64,000 nucleotides of DNA. Source: Candidatus Latescibacterota bacterium. GTDB lineage: Bacteria > Latescibacterota > UBA2968 > SICM01. Position 1 is the first letter of the stretch. Each line of letters begins with the position of its first letter. Of the stretch, positions 55,953 to 64,000 are shown in pieces. The translations under genes and the position numbers were made by a program. The stretch is from positions 2,048,001-2,112,000 of the forward strand of contig CBDCJO010000002.1 of the NCBI GenBank assembly GCA_965217865.1, given 5' to 3'. The notes beneath the pieces were generated by a model. That model did no database searches, was not told the DNA's origin, and was given only the letters and a program-made list of their open reading frames with translations.

Positions 55953-58856
55953 ATGGAAGAAAAATTAGTGGCTTCCCTCAACTCCGCTCGCCTTCACCCG
56001 CACCCCATCCAGCAGATCGACCGCAGAAAAACCCTCACCCTCCATTTCAACGGTCGGGACTTCGCCGCACATCCTGGAGATACCGTGGGCTCCGCCCTTT
56101 ACGCTGCGGGCCTGCGTACTTTCAGCCGTAGCTTCAAATACCATCGGCCTCGGGGACTCTTCTGTGTGTCTGGAGGCTGTCCCAACTGCTTGATGAACGT
56201 GGATGGGACACCCAACGTGCGGGTCTGCACCGAGCCGGTTCGGGATGGGATGTGGGTAAAACCACAGAACGCCTGGCCGTCCCTCGATTTCGACGCCTTG
56301 TCCGTCAACGACTGGTTGAGTCCTTTCCTTCCTGTTGGGTTCTACTATAAACGGTTTATTCGCCCACGTTTTATGTGGCCGGTCTATGAACACATCATCA
56401 GACACGCAGCTGGCCTTGGGGAGATCGATCGGTCGGACCCCAGACCGATCGGTGGATATGAATACGTCCATATGCACACCGACGTCGCGGTGGTCGGTGG
56501 GGGGCCAGCCGGCCTCTCCGCGGCCCTGGAGGTAGCCGGAGCCGGGGCAAAGGTAATCCTGATCGACGACGGATCTTCCCTCGGTGGGCACCTCCGATGG
56601 CGAGTGGGTTCCCACGAAACCGGGAAAAGCCTCTCGGACGAAGTCCGTCGGAACGAATCCATCACGGTGCTCCGAGGGGCCACCGCGTTCGGCCATTACG
56701 AAGACCTCCTGCTCGGCATCTCCCAGGGGCACCGCTCGATCAAGCTCCGGCCGCGACGTATCATCGTCGCCACAGGATCCATCCAGCAGCCGTTGATTTT
56801 CCACAATAACGACCTGCCGGGGGTCCTTCTCGGGGATGGGGTCCGAAGACTGATGCACCTTTACGGCGTCACACCGGGAAGAAAGGCCCTTGTGGTCTCC
56901 TCGAACGACGACGGTCCGGCCTTGAGCGAAGACCTTCTTAATGCGGGCGTACACGTCGAAGCCCTCATCGACAGCCGGCCGAACCTACCCGATTCCGAAG
57001 CCGTGGATCGCCTCAAGACAAGAGGGATCCGGATCATAACCGGTCATACGGTCCTCAAGGCGTTGGGAAGGAAACACGTCGTCGGAGCCGTTCTGACCCC
57101 CACCGTAGACGATTCCGAGGCGTCTCATCGAAAACTTGATTGCGACACGATCGCGCTTTCCGTGGGACACAATCCCTCCATCGCCTTGCTCCACCAGGGT
57201 GGATGCCGGATCGATAACGACCCCGACCTGGGCGTCATGGTCGCGAAGGACCTTCCCCCCCACACATTCGCCTCGGGGGAAATCAACGGACTGAAGGATC
57301 TGCCTGCGATCCAGCTCGACGGAAGGTTCGCCGGCCTCTCCGCTGCAATCAGCCTCGGTCTAGGCGATGCCGGCTTGAGAGAGACAGCCGAAGCCTGTCG
57401 TCGGGAATTGCAGAATCAAAAAGACGGAGGGGAATCTTGGAAAACCCAAATCATTGTCCCGGGGGGGCCTAAGAAGAAGTTCGTGTGCCTCTGTGAGGAC
57501 CTCACCGAGAACGATCTCTGTCGGGCGATCCAAGAGGGATTCGACAACGTCGAGACGCTGAAGCGATATGCAACCACGACCATGGGTCCATGCCAGGGAA
57601 GGGTCTGTTCGCTTGCATCGATCGCGATCACCACCCGTGAGACGGGCCGGACCTTACGGGAGACCGGGACGACCACATCAAGACCCCCTTTCACTCCCGT
57701 CTCCCTGGGCACGCTTGCGGGACCGATGCGCCAATTGGTCAGGCGGACCCCAATGCACCATCGACACGCGCAACTCAGCGCAAAGATCGTCGATCTCGGC
57801 GGTTGGGATAGACCGGAGCTCTACACCACCTCCGACCATGAGTACTGGGGAGTCCGCAGGGGAGTGGGCCTCATCGACGTAAGCACCCTTGGAAAGCTCG
57901 ACGTGCGTGGACCCGACGCGAGGGCATTGCTGGATCGCATCTACCTGAATCGCATGTCGAACCTGTCCCAGGGAAGGGTCCGCTACGGGGTGGTGTGCGG
58001 AGACGACGGCATCATCATGGACGACGGCACCGTGACGCGCCTCGGGAGGGAAAGGTTCTTCATAACGACCACAACGGGGAATATCGAATTCATGGAGCAG
58101 TGGTTCACCTGGTGGGCGACCACGTGGAAGATGTCCGTTTCGGTTACGAACATCACATCCTCGTATGCCGCCCTTAACGTGGCCGGTCCGAGGGCCAGGG
58201 ACCTCCTGACGAAGCTGACGGACCTCGATCTATCGCGAGAATCTCTCCCTTACATGGCTTCGGTACGCGGCCGGGTGGCCGGCGTCCAGGCGAACATCCT
58301 ACGTATCGGGTTCGTCGGGGAGTTGGGATATGAAATCCACTACCCTTCCGAGTACGGAGAGTATCTCTGGGACGCCTTCATGGAGGAGGGTACCCCGTTT
58401 GGCATCGTCCCGTTTGGAGTGGAAACCCAGCGCATCCTGAGGCTCGAAAAAAGGCACATCCTGGTCGGGCAGGACACGGACGCCCTCTCCAACCCGCTGG
58501 AAGCCGACCTCGGCTGGATGGTCAACTTTAACAAACCCGATTTTATCGGAAAAAGATCCCTCCTTGAAATCCGAAATCACGATCTAAAAAATCGCCTTGT
58601 CGGATTCGTGGTTCAAGACCGGACGACGATCCCTGAGGAGGGATGTCAAATCGTCTCTGAGGGAGCCTCAGTCGGCAGGGTCACAAGCTCTCGACACAGC
58701 CCTCACCTGGACCGGGGAATCGGCCTGGCCTGGGTCCCGGCGGAAACATCCGCCGATGGATCTATCGTTCAAATCCGGGTTCAGGAACGCGATGTAGCTG
58801 CCCGCGTCACGGGACGCGCGTTCTACGATCCGGATGGGGTCAGGTTGCGGATGTGA
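55953..58856 (+). CDS. soxA: Sarcosine oxidase / N-methylglutamate dehydrogenase alpha subunit
   Basis: SRSFKYHRPRG, VVGGGPAGL, LKRYATTTMGPCQG, DVSTLGKLDV, GFVGELGYEI and FYDPDGVR. Confidence 0.93.
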   Translation: MEEKLVASLNSARLHPHPIQQIDRRKTLTLHFNGRDFAAHPGDTVGSALYAAGLRTFSRSFKYHRPRGLFCVSGGCPNCLMNVDGTPNVRVCTEPVRDGMWVKPQNAWPSLDFDALSVNDWLSPFLPVGFYYKRFIRPRFMWPVYEHIIRHAAGLGEIDRSDPRPIGGYEYVHMHTDVAVVGGGPAGLSAALEVAGAGAKVILIDDGSSLGGHLRWRVGSHETGKSLSDEVRRNESITVLRGATAFGHYEDLLLGISQGHRSIKLRPRRIIVATGSIQQPLIFHNNDLPGVLLGDGVRRLMHLYGVTPGRKALVVSSNDDGPALSEDLLNAGVHVEALIDSRPNLPDSEAVDRLKTRGIRIITGHTVLKALGRKHVVGAVLTPTVDDSEASHRKLDCDTIALSVGHNPSIALLHQGGCRIDNDPDLGVMVAKDLPPHTFASGEINGLKDLPAIQLDGRFAGLSAAISLGLGDAGLRETAEACRRELQNQKDGGESWKTQIIVPGGPKKKFVCLCEDLTENDLCRAIQEGFDNVETLKRYATTTMGPCQGRVCSLASIAITTRETGRTLRETGTTTSRPPFTPVSLGTLAGPMRQLVRRTPMHHRHAQLSAKIVDLGGWDRPELYTTSDHEYWGVRRGVGLIDVSTLGKLDVRGPDARALLDRIYLNRMSNLSQGRVRYGVVCGDDGIIMDDGTVTRLGRERFFITTTTGNIEFMEQWFTWWATTWKMSVSVTNITSSYAALNVAGPRARDLLTKLTDLDLSRESLPYMASVRGRVAGVQANILRIGFVGELGYEIHYPSEYGEYLWDAFMEEGTPFGIVPFGVETQRILRLEKRHILVGQDTDALSNPLEADLGWMVNFNKPDFIGKRSLLEIRNHDLKNRLVGFVVQDRTTIPEEGCQIVSEGASVGRVTSSRHSPHLDRGIGLAWVPAETSADGSIVQIRVQERDVAARVTGRAFYDPDGVRLRM

Positions 58857-58901
58857 GGGAGAGCGTGTCTTGCAAAGCGTGAATATGAAGAGGAAACCGT
58901 A

Positions 58902-59594
58902 TTGAACAGAAAATCCGTTCGGACATCCGCCCTCCACCACATTCACCTTAAGGGAGCGACCCGGATGTCCAATCTTTCCGGCTGGCAGATACCCGAGGTT
59001 TATGGCTCGGTTGATCGAGAGAGGGCCGCGGTTAACATAAAGGTGGGGATCTGCGACTCGAGTCCCCTCGGTAAGGTCGATGTGAAAGGCCCGGATGCAT
59101 TCAACTTTCTTCAGGAAGCATACGAAGGCATACCGGAGACCATCGGCCTATTGGGTCGGGTCTCGGGAGGATCCGGGTACGAAATCCTCTGTTCGCGTTT
59201 GGCCGGAGACCACTTCTCTCTGATCACGGACCCTTCTGATCGCCGAACCGCCCTGAAGGAACTGAACGCCAATCGGAAGGGTTGGAAGGGGGAATTGTAC
59301 GTAATCGATATGACCTCCGCCTATACGTCCATCACCCTGGCCGGACCCCGCACGATGGATCTGCTCTCCAAGCTCACGACATTGGACCTTTCCACGTTAT
59401 CGGAGTGGACCTGCGTCCAGGCAGGCCTGGCAGGGGTTTATGCCCGGCTGACAAACATCGGAAAGGCCTGCCACGTTTTCGTCCCCTATGAATACGGAGA
59501 GTACGTGTGGGAATCCATGGTCGAAGCGGGAAATGAATTCGACCTCACGCCCTTCGGATTAGAGACCTGGAAAACCCTCGAAAAGAAAAAATAG
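58902..59594 (+). CDS. soxG: Sarcosine oxidase gamma-like / GcvT N-terminal folate-binding subunit
   Basis: ICDSSPLGKVDVKG, DMTSAYTSITLAGP and YGEYVWESMVEAG..PFG. Directly follows soxA. Confidence 0.7.
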   Translation: MNRKSVRTSALHHIHLKGATRMSNLSGWQIPEVYGSVDRERAAVNIKVGICDSSPLGKVDVKGPDAFNFLQEAYEGIPETIGLLGRVSGGSGYEILCSRLAGDHFSLITDPSDRRTALKELNANRKGWKGELYVIDMTSAYTSITLAGPRTMDLLSKLTTLDLSTLSEWTCVQAGLAGVYARLTNIGKACHVFVPYEYGEYVWESMVEAGNEFDLTPFGLETWKTLEKKK

Positions 59595-59689
59595 GCTCTC
59601 CGATATAGCGAACACTGTCTTCGCGATTGACACCTGGGCGTTCGAGCTAACCGAGAAGCCGAGACTAAAGTCAAGGCCTTCTCTCAGTT

Positions 59690-59772
59690 GCCAACGGCGC
59701 GTTGTCCCTCAACCCAGGGAAGCGCCCTGGGTCGTGAAATATAGTAGCGACGTGCGGCCTGAAAGGCCGCGA
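59690..59772. repeat. REP-like double-hairpin element
   Basis: ACCCAGGG-aagcg-CCCTGGGT (59712-59732) and GCGGCCT-gaa-AGGCCGC (59754-59770) between convergent genes. Confidence 0.6.
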
Positions 59773-59826
59773 TAATTTTACATCACCTCACAGGACCTCG
59801 CTTTCCACCAAAAACTAAGAAGATTC

Positions 59827-59859
59827 AAAAAAAGAGGGGATCCCTAAAGATCCCCTCTT
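59827..59859 (-). terminator. Intrinsic terminator of soxB
   Basis: AAGAGGGGATC-loop6-GATCCCCTCTT followed by a T-run on the minus strand. Confidence 0.8.
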
Positions 59860-59922
59860 GCCGTCCTGCCTTTCACCAATCCCACTCCCCACTCACTTTT
59901 TTTCCGTTTGCCGTTTCGCGTT

Positions 59923-61125
59923 TCAGTGCGAAACGGCCGCAGCGGCCTTCTCGCCCACCAGCCGATCTTCTTTGAACCGGCTCAAGGCAAACGGTTTGAT
60001 CAGATCCGGGACTTCGCCGGTCGCGATCAACTCAGCCGTCCGGTATCCGGCCACCGGGCCCGCCTTGAATCCATAAGTTCCCCATCCCACATCCAGCACG
60101 AACCCTTCAACACCGTCCGCGACCCCGATGATCGGACTGAAATCCGGCGTCATATCGCAGACCCCCGCCCATTGTCTCAGGACCCGGACCCTGTGAAGGT
60201 CAGGTAGGATTTCAAGTGCGTGCCTTGCGCAACTTTCGAGAAAAGGAAGCGTCGATCGGGTGTTGTAGCACGAATAAGGATCGATCTCTGCGCCCAGGAC
60301 GAATTCCCCGCGGTCCGTCTGGCTGATGTAGACATGCAGGTTGGATGACACGAGGACCTTGTCGAGAAAGGGCTTCATCGGCTCAGTGACCATGGCCTGG
60401 AGAGGATGCGAGACGATCGGGAGATCAAGGCCGACCATCTTCGCAATGGTCGAGCAATAACCGGCCGTGGCATTCAGGACGGTCTCAGTCTGAATCTCCC
60501 CCCGGTCCGTGAAAACGGCCCGGACGCGTCCTTTTTCTACCTTGATGCCCGTTACAGTCGTGAACGGGTGGATATGAATCCCAACGCGATCTGCCCCTCG
60601 GGCGTATCCCCATACCACGGCGTCGTGTCGGATGATCCCGCCGGGGGGATGATAAAGTCCGGCGAGGATCGGAGTACGGGTATGACGATCGATGTTGATG
60701 GCCGGAACCATCTCACGAAGTTCCTGTGGTCCGACTAGGTAGCTTTTGACACCCATCAACCGGTTTGTCTCCGCCCGTTCGCGCAGGCCGTTCACAGACC
60801 GGTCAGAGTGGGCAAGTGTGATATGGCCTTGCTGAGAAAACAGGAGATTGTAGTCAAGCTCTTTCGAAAGGGCTTCGTAAAGCTTCAGACCCTCTGAATA
60901 AAAAGCGATCCCCTCCGAAGTACGATAATTCGCGCGAAGGATGGCCGTATTTCTCCCACTCGCCCCGCTGCCGATGTAATTTTTCTCCAGAACGGCTACG
61001 TTTCGGATCCCACGCTGCCCCAGGTAGTAGGCCGTTGCGAGGCCGTGGACACCCCCTCCCACGATCACAACATCATAACAACTCTTCAACGGTCGGCTCG
61101 CAGACCACATGCGCGTCGGACTCAT
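59923..61125 (-). CDS. soxB: Sarcosine oxidase / N-methylglutamate dehydrogenase beta subunit
   Basis: YDVVIVGGGVHGLATAYYL, GRNTAILRANY, RHDAVVWGYAR, HPLQAMVTEP and GWGTYGFKAGP. Confidence 0.92.
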   Translation of the reverse strand: MSPTRMWSASRPLKSCYDVVIVGGGVHGLATAYYLGQRGIRNVAVLEKNYIGSGASGRNTAILRANYRTSEGIAFYSEGLKLYEALSKELDYNLLFSQQGHITLAHSDRSVNGLRERAETNRLMGVKSYLVGPQELREMVPAINIDRHTRTPILAGLYHPPGGIIRHDAVVWGYARGADRVGIHIHPFTTVTGIKVEKGRVRAVFTDRGEIQTETVLNATAGYCSTIAKMVGLDLPIVSHPLQAMVTEPMKPFLDKVLVSSNLHVYISQTDRGEFVLGAEIDPYSCYNTRSTLPFLESCARHALEILPDLHRVRVLRQWAGVCDMTPDFSPIIGVADGVEGFVLDVGWGTYGFKAGPVAGYRTAELIATGEVPDLIKPFALSRFKEDRLVGEKAAAAVSH

Positions 61126-61300
61126 ATCTGATCTCTGATCCTCAGTTCTTGGGGTGACCTAAAAATCCTTAAATCCGTGAATTTTCTATTTCAAAATAGT
61201 GCTTCTACCTCCCTCACATCCTCAGGCCAATGTACTTCCATGGCCCTTGAAAGGCAATGAATTTAAAAGGGATTCAGGCCATGTGCCTTGAATTTTTTGA

Positions 61301-61329
61301 TTGCCTTTTATACTTAGATTTGGTAGAGT
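61301..61329 (+). promoter_or_regulatory. Candidate sigma70 promoter
   Basis: TTGCCT - 17 bp - TAGAGT in an AT-rich divergent intergenic region. Confidence 0.4.
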
Positions 61330-61387
61330 TATATGCTTCTTTTCAAGATTAATCTTCACGCTTCTACCTGCCCTTTGGTGATGGAAA

Positions 61388-62836
61388 ATGGGTGCATGCG
61401 TCTGTCCAAAGACAAAATTGGCTTCCGGTTTGGATGCCCGCGAGCGGTGTCTGCTCATCAATGACATGACCCCTCCGGGTGGACTCTACCCCGAAGAGCA
61501 TCGTGATGTGCACAACCGATCGAACGCACCCTGGCGCATCTCTCCCGAACCCTTCTGGATCCCCCGATCTATCCTTGAACAGGTAGAGACCCTCGGCGGG
61601 CAGCTCTTGAAGTTCTATAAAGCCTGCAACAGACTATACTCCCAGAGCGTTCGGGGCATTCAGCCGGCCTGGGTCGCCGATTACCTCGACAGAGGAAAGC
61701 CCGAGTCCCTCATCGCCTACGGCAGGATGAACCGGATCAAACGACACCTCCCCGCCATCATCCGCCCTGATCTGATCTACGGAAAGGACGGGTTCGTTGC
61801 GACAGAGCTCGATTCCGTACCCGGGGGCATCGGATTCACCGCCAGCCTTGCCGGGCGATATGGACGACTGGGATATCCCATCGTCGGATCCGACGACGGG
61901 TTGATCACCGGATTTGCGGATTTTGCCCGCTCCGTCGGGGAAGGGGATGATCCAACACTCGCAATCGTGGTCTCGGAGGAGGCCGCGAACTACCAGGCGG
62001 AGATGGTATGGCTCGGCGAGGAATTAAATCGGATCGGACTGAAGACTGCCGTCGTCCGCCCCGATGAAGTCCTCTTCTCCGAAGATGGCCTGAAGGTGGA
62101 GTTCGGGGGATTTCCGGTCCGGATCGACGTCATGTATCGTTTCTTCGAGCTCTTCGACCTTAAAAATATCCCCAAGGCTGAGCTTCTGCTCTATGCAGCC
62201 AAGAGGGGGACCGTGATGATGACCCCACCGGGTAAAGCCTATCTCGAAGAAAAGCTTTGGATAGCCCTCTTTCACCTGCCCGTCATCGAGGGGTTCTGGA
62301 TTCGGGAATTGGGAGGGGAGACATTTGCCTACCTTAAATCTACCTTCCCGAAAACCTGGATCCTCGACACGAGACCGGTCCCCCCGCACGCCGCCATTCC
62401 AGGGATTAAGGTCCGCGGGCAGGCCGTCTCCGACTGGGATGGCATTCGAAGCCTGACTCAGAAAGAACGCACGCTCGTGATTAAGCCATCCGGCTTCTCT
62501 GAGGTGGCCTGGGGAAGTCGTGGCGTCTCTGTAGGCCACGATATGTCCGAGGAAGCATGGGGTGAAGTCCTTGATAACGCCCTGGCAAATTTTGAGAGCT
62601 CCCCTTACATCCTCCAGGAGTTTCACAAGGGGGAGAAGCACGGGGTGGACTACTACGATTTTGAGACCGACGCGATCAAAAGAATGAACGGTCGGGCCCG
62701 GCTCTGTCCCTATTTCTATGTCATCGATGACGAAGCCAGGCTAGGAGGAATCCTGGCAACAATCTGTCCCCCGGACAAGAAACTCCTGCACGGCATGGTA
62801 GATGCCGTGATGGTTCCCTGTGGCGTGGAAAGTTGA
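61388..62836 (+). CDS. Glutathionylspermidine-synthase-like / circularly permuted ATP-grasp ligase
   Basis: IIRPDL, ATELDSVPGGIG, VMYRFFELFD, LEEKLW, LVIKPSGFS..WGSRGV, YILQEF and RARLCPYF. Start uncertain (ATG at 61466 possible). Confidence 0.7.
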   Translation: MGACVCPKTKLASGLDARERCLLINDMTPPGGLYPEEHRDVHNRSNAPWRISPEPFWIPRSILEQVETLGGQLLKFYKACNRLYSQSVRGIQPAWVADYLDRGKPESLIAYGRMNRIKRHLPAIIRPDLIYGKDGFVATELDSVPGGIGFTASLAGRYGRLGYPIVGSDDGLITGFADFARSVGEGDDPTLAIVVSEEAANYQAEMVWLGEELNRIGLKTAVVRPDEVLFSEDGLKVEFGGFPVRIDVMYRFFELFDLKNIPKAELLLYAAKRGTVMMTPPGKAYLEEKLWIALFHLPVIEGFWIRELGGETFAYLKSTFPKTWILDTRPVPPHAAIPGIKVRGQAVSDWDGIRSLTQKERTLVIKPSGFSEVAWGSRGVSVGHDMSEEAWGEVLDNALANFESSPYILQEFHKGEKHGVDYYDFETDAIKRMNGRARLCPYFYVIDDEARLGGILATICPPDKKLLHGMVDAVMVPCGVES

Positions 62837-62892
62837 ATTCCCCCCCCTATGGTTCAACCAAACACCCTCGACCCGGTAAGGAGATCGACAGC

Positions 62893-63741
62893 GTGACTCC
62901 CGAGAAACTCGATGGTAAATTAGACCGGTTAAACGATATCCTAAGCTCTTTGGGGAGCGCCATTGTGGCCTTCTCTGGCGGAGTCGATAGTACCTTCTTG
63001 GCGAAGGCGGCAAGCCTGGCCCTCGGGGATCAGGCACTGGCAGTCACAGCCGTTTCCGAAAGCTACGCCGACGGTGAATTGGAAGGAGCCAAGGTCGTCG
63101 CACGACAGATCGGTATCCGACACGAGATCGTAGAGACCGATGAGTTGCAAAACCCCGATTACATCAAGAACGGTCCAGATCGATGCTTTCATTGCAAAAC
63201 CGAGCTCGTAGACAAACTGGACGAAATTCGGGATAGATACAAGGGTCGTTTCCAACATCTCATATACGGTGCGAATCTGGACGACGGGAACGACTTCCGG
63301 CCCGGGATGAACGCCGCTGAAAGTCGGGGTATGCGGGCTCCCTTGGTGGAAGCGGAGTTGACGAAGGGTGAAATTCGGGAACTGTCCCGCCGATGGGGAT
63401 TGCCGACTTGGGACCTTCCCGCCGCAGCTTGTCTCTCCTCCCGCATCCCCTATGGGACCCCGGTGACAGCAGAGGCCCTTTCGATGATCGACCGAGCGGA
63501 GTCCTTCCTTAGGGAACTGGGATTCGGGCAGGTCCGGGTTCGACATCACGAGAATATCGCTCGAATCGAGGTCCCTCCTGAGGAGATGCCCATGTTCTTC
63601 GAAAAGGGACTCAACGAACGGATCTCTGCCCGCCTCAAGGAGATCGGCTACCTCTATGCGACGCTCGACCTCTTGGGATACCGCAGTGGGAGTCTGAACG
63701 AAGCAATCGGGAAGTCCCCATTATTGAAGGTTTCGAGTTGA
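62893..63741 (+). CDS. larE: LarE-family ATP-dependent sulfur transferase
   Basis: PP-loop AFSGGVDS, DRCFHCK, DFRPG, ACLSSRIPYG, QVRVRHH and DLLGYRSGSLN. GTG at 62893 after AAGGAG. Confidence 0.92.
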   Translation: MTPEKLDGKLDRLNDILSSLGSAIVAFSGGVDSTFLAKAASLALGDQALAVTAVSESYADGELEGAKVVARQIGIRHEIVETDELQNPDYIKNGPDRCFHCKTELVDKLDEIRDRYKGRFQHLIYGANLDDGNDFRPGMNAAESRGMRAPLVEAELTKGEIRELSRRWGLPTWDLPAAACLSSRIPYGTPVTAEALSMIDRAESFLRELGFGQVRVRHHENIARIEVPPEEMPMFFEKGLNERISARLKEIGYLYATLDLLGYRSGSLNEAIGKSPLLKVSS

Positions 63742-63746
63742 ATCCG

Positions 63747-64000
63747 ATGAACCTGCTAGAAATAAAAAAATACGGCTGCCCGGTACTCCGGAAAAAGGCC
63801 GCATTGGTAACATCCTTCGACGCGCAGGTCAAGGCCCTGGTCGAGGATATGTTTGAAACGATGTACGAAGCCAAGGGTGTCGGCCTGGCTGCGCCGCAGG
63901 TGGGGGTTCTCCAACGCATCACGGTCCTGGACGTCGGAATTCACGACCCCGAGTTTCAACCCGTTTCCCTGATCAACCCTGAGATCCTGGAGGTGGACGG
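63747..64000 (+). CDS. def: Peptide deformylase, N-terminal part (runs off window)
   Basis: Manual translation MNLLEIKKYGCPVLRKKA...DMFETMYEAKGVGLAAPQVG...LINPEI contains motif 1 GxGxAAxQ. Confidence 0.92.
   Translation, partial: MNLLEIKKYGCPVLRKKAALVTSFDAQVKALVEDMFETMYEAKGVGLAAPQVGVLQRITVLDVGIHDPEFQPVSLINPEILEVD

Noticed and set aside
1-64000. CRISPR array, tRNA, rRNA, integrase/prophage
   Set aside because: No regularly spaced 25-45 bp repeats, cloverleaf/T-loop signatures or phage/integrase motifs were seen by eye. A tRNAscan/Infernal run would be needed to exclude them fully.

Overview
GC-rich bacterial window. SurA indicates a diderm, and the gene content resembles uncultured Latescibacterota/Poribacteria-like lineages (inference only). 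(1) 1-31.2 kb is an entirely minus-strand run. It holds a ~27 kb paralog-rich putative cytoplasmic glycan-catabolism locus: two DUF6785/DUF6784-like polytopic membrane proteins, four BNR/Asp-box sialidase-fold proteins (three share an unusual His-rich insert), two near-identical GHL6-like hydrolases, a family of uncharacterised GH-like proteins (one internally deleted), an excisionase-HTH/glycosidase fusion, an active+degenerate SDR pair and a PhyH-type Fe/2OG enzyme with an HxG (halogenase-type) motif. An IS200-type element and REP-like repeats interrupt it. (2) 31.5-38.2 kb is a mixed-orientation, partly decayed accessory block (DAO, ThuA pseudogene, GNAT, TIM-barrel epimerase, deletion-fused dehydrogenase remnant, class III aminotransferase, VanX-like dipeptidase). 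(3) 38.2-49.3 kb has a frameshifted LamG/TPR protein, Ldh_2, an AttEFGH-like ABC system, PAC2, Smr, a frameshifted sirtuin, an epimerase and a candidate 28-aa membrane peptide. (4) 49.4-61.1 kb is a complete but rearranged N-methylglutamate methylamine pathway (gmaS, mgsABC, sox/mgd subunits) with an aspartate kinase inserted, a consensus sigma70 promoter and a perfect 18-bp palindrome upstream. (5) 61.4-64 kb has a GSP-synthase-like ATP-grasp ligase, larE and a partial def. No rRNA, tRNA or CRISPR array was seen. All family assignments come from motif recognition by eye, not database searches.
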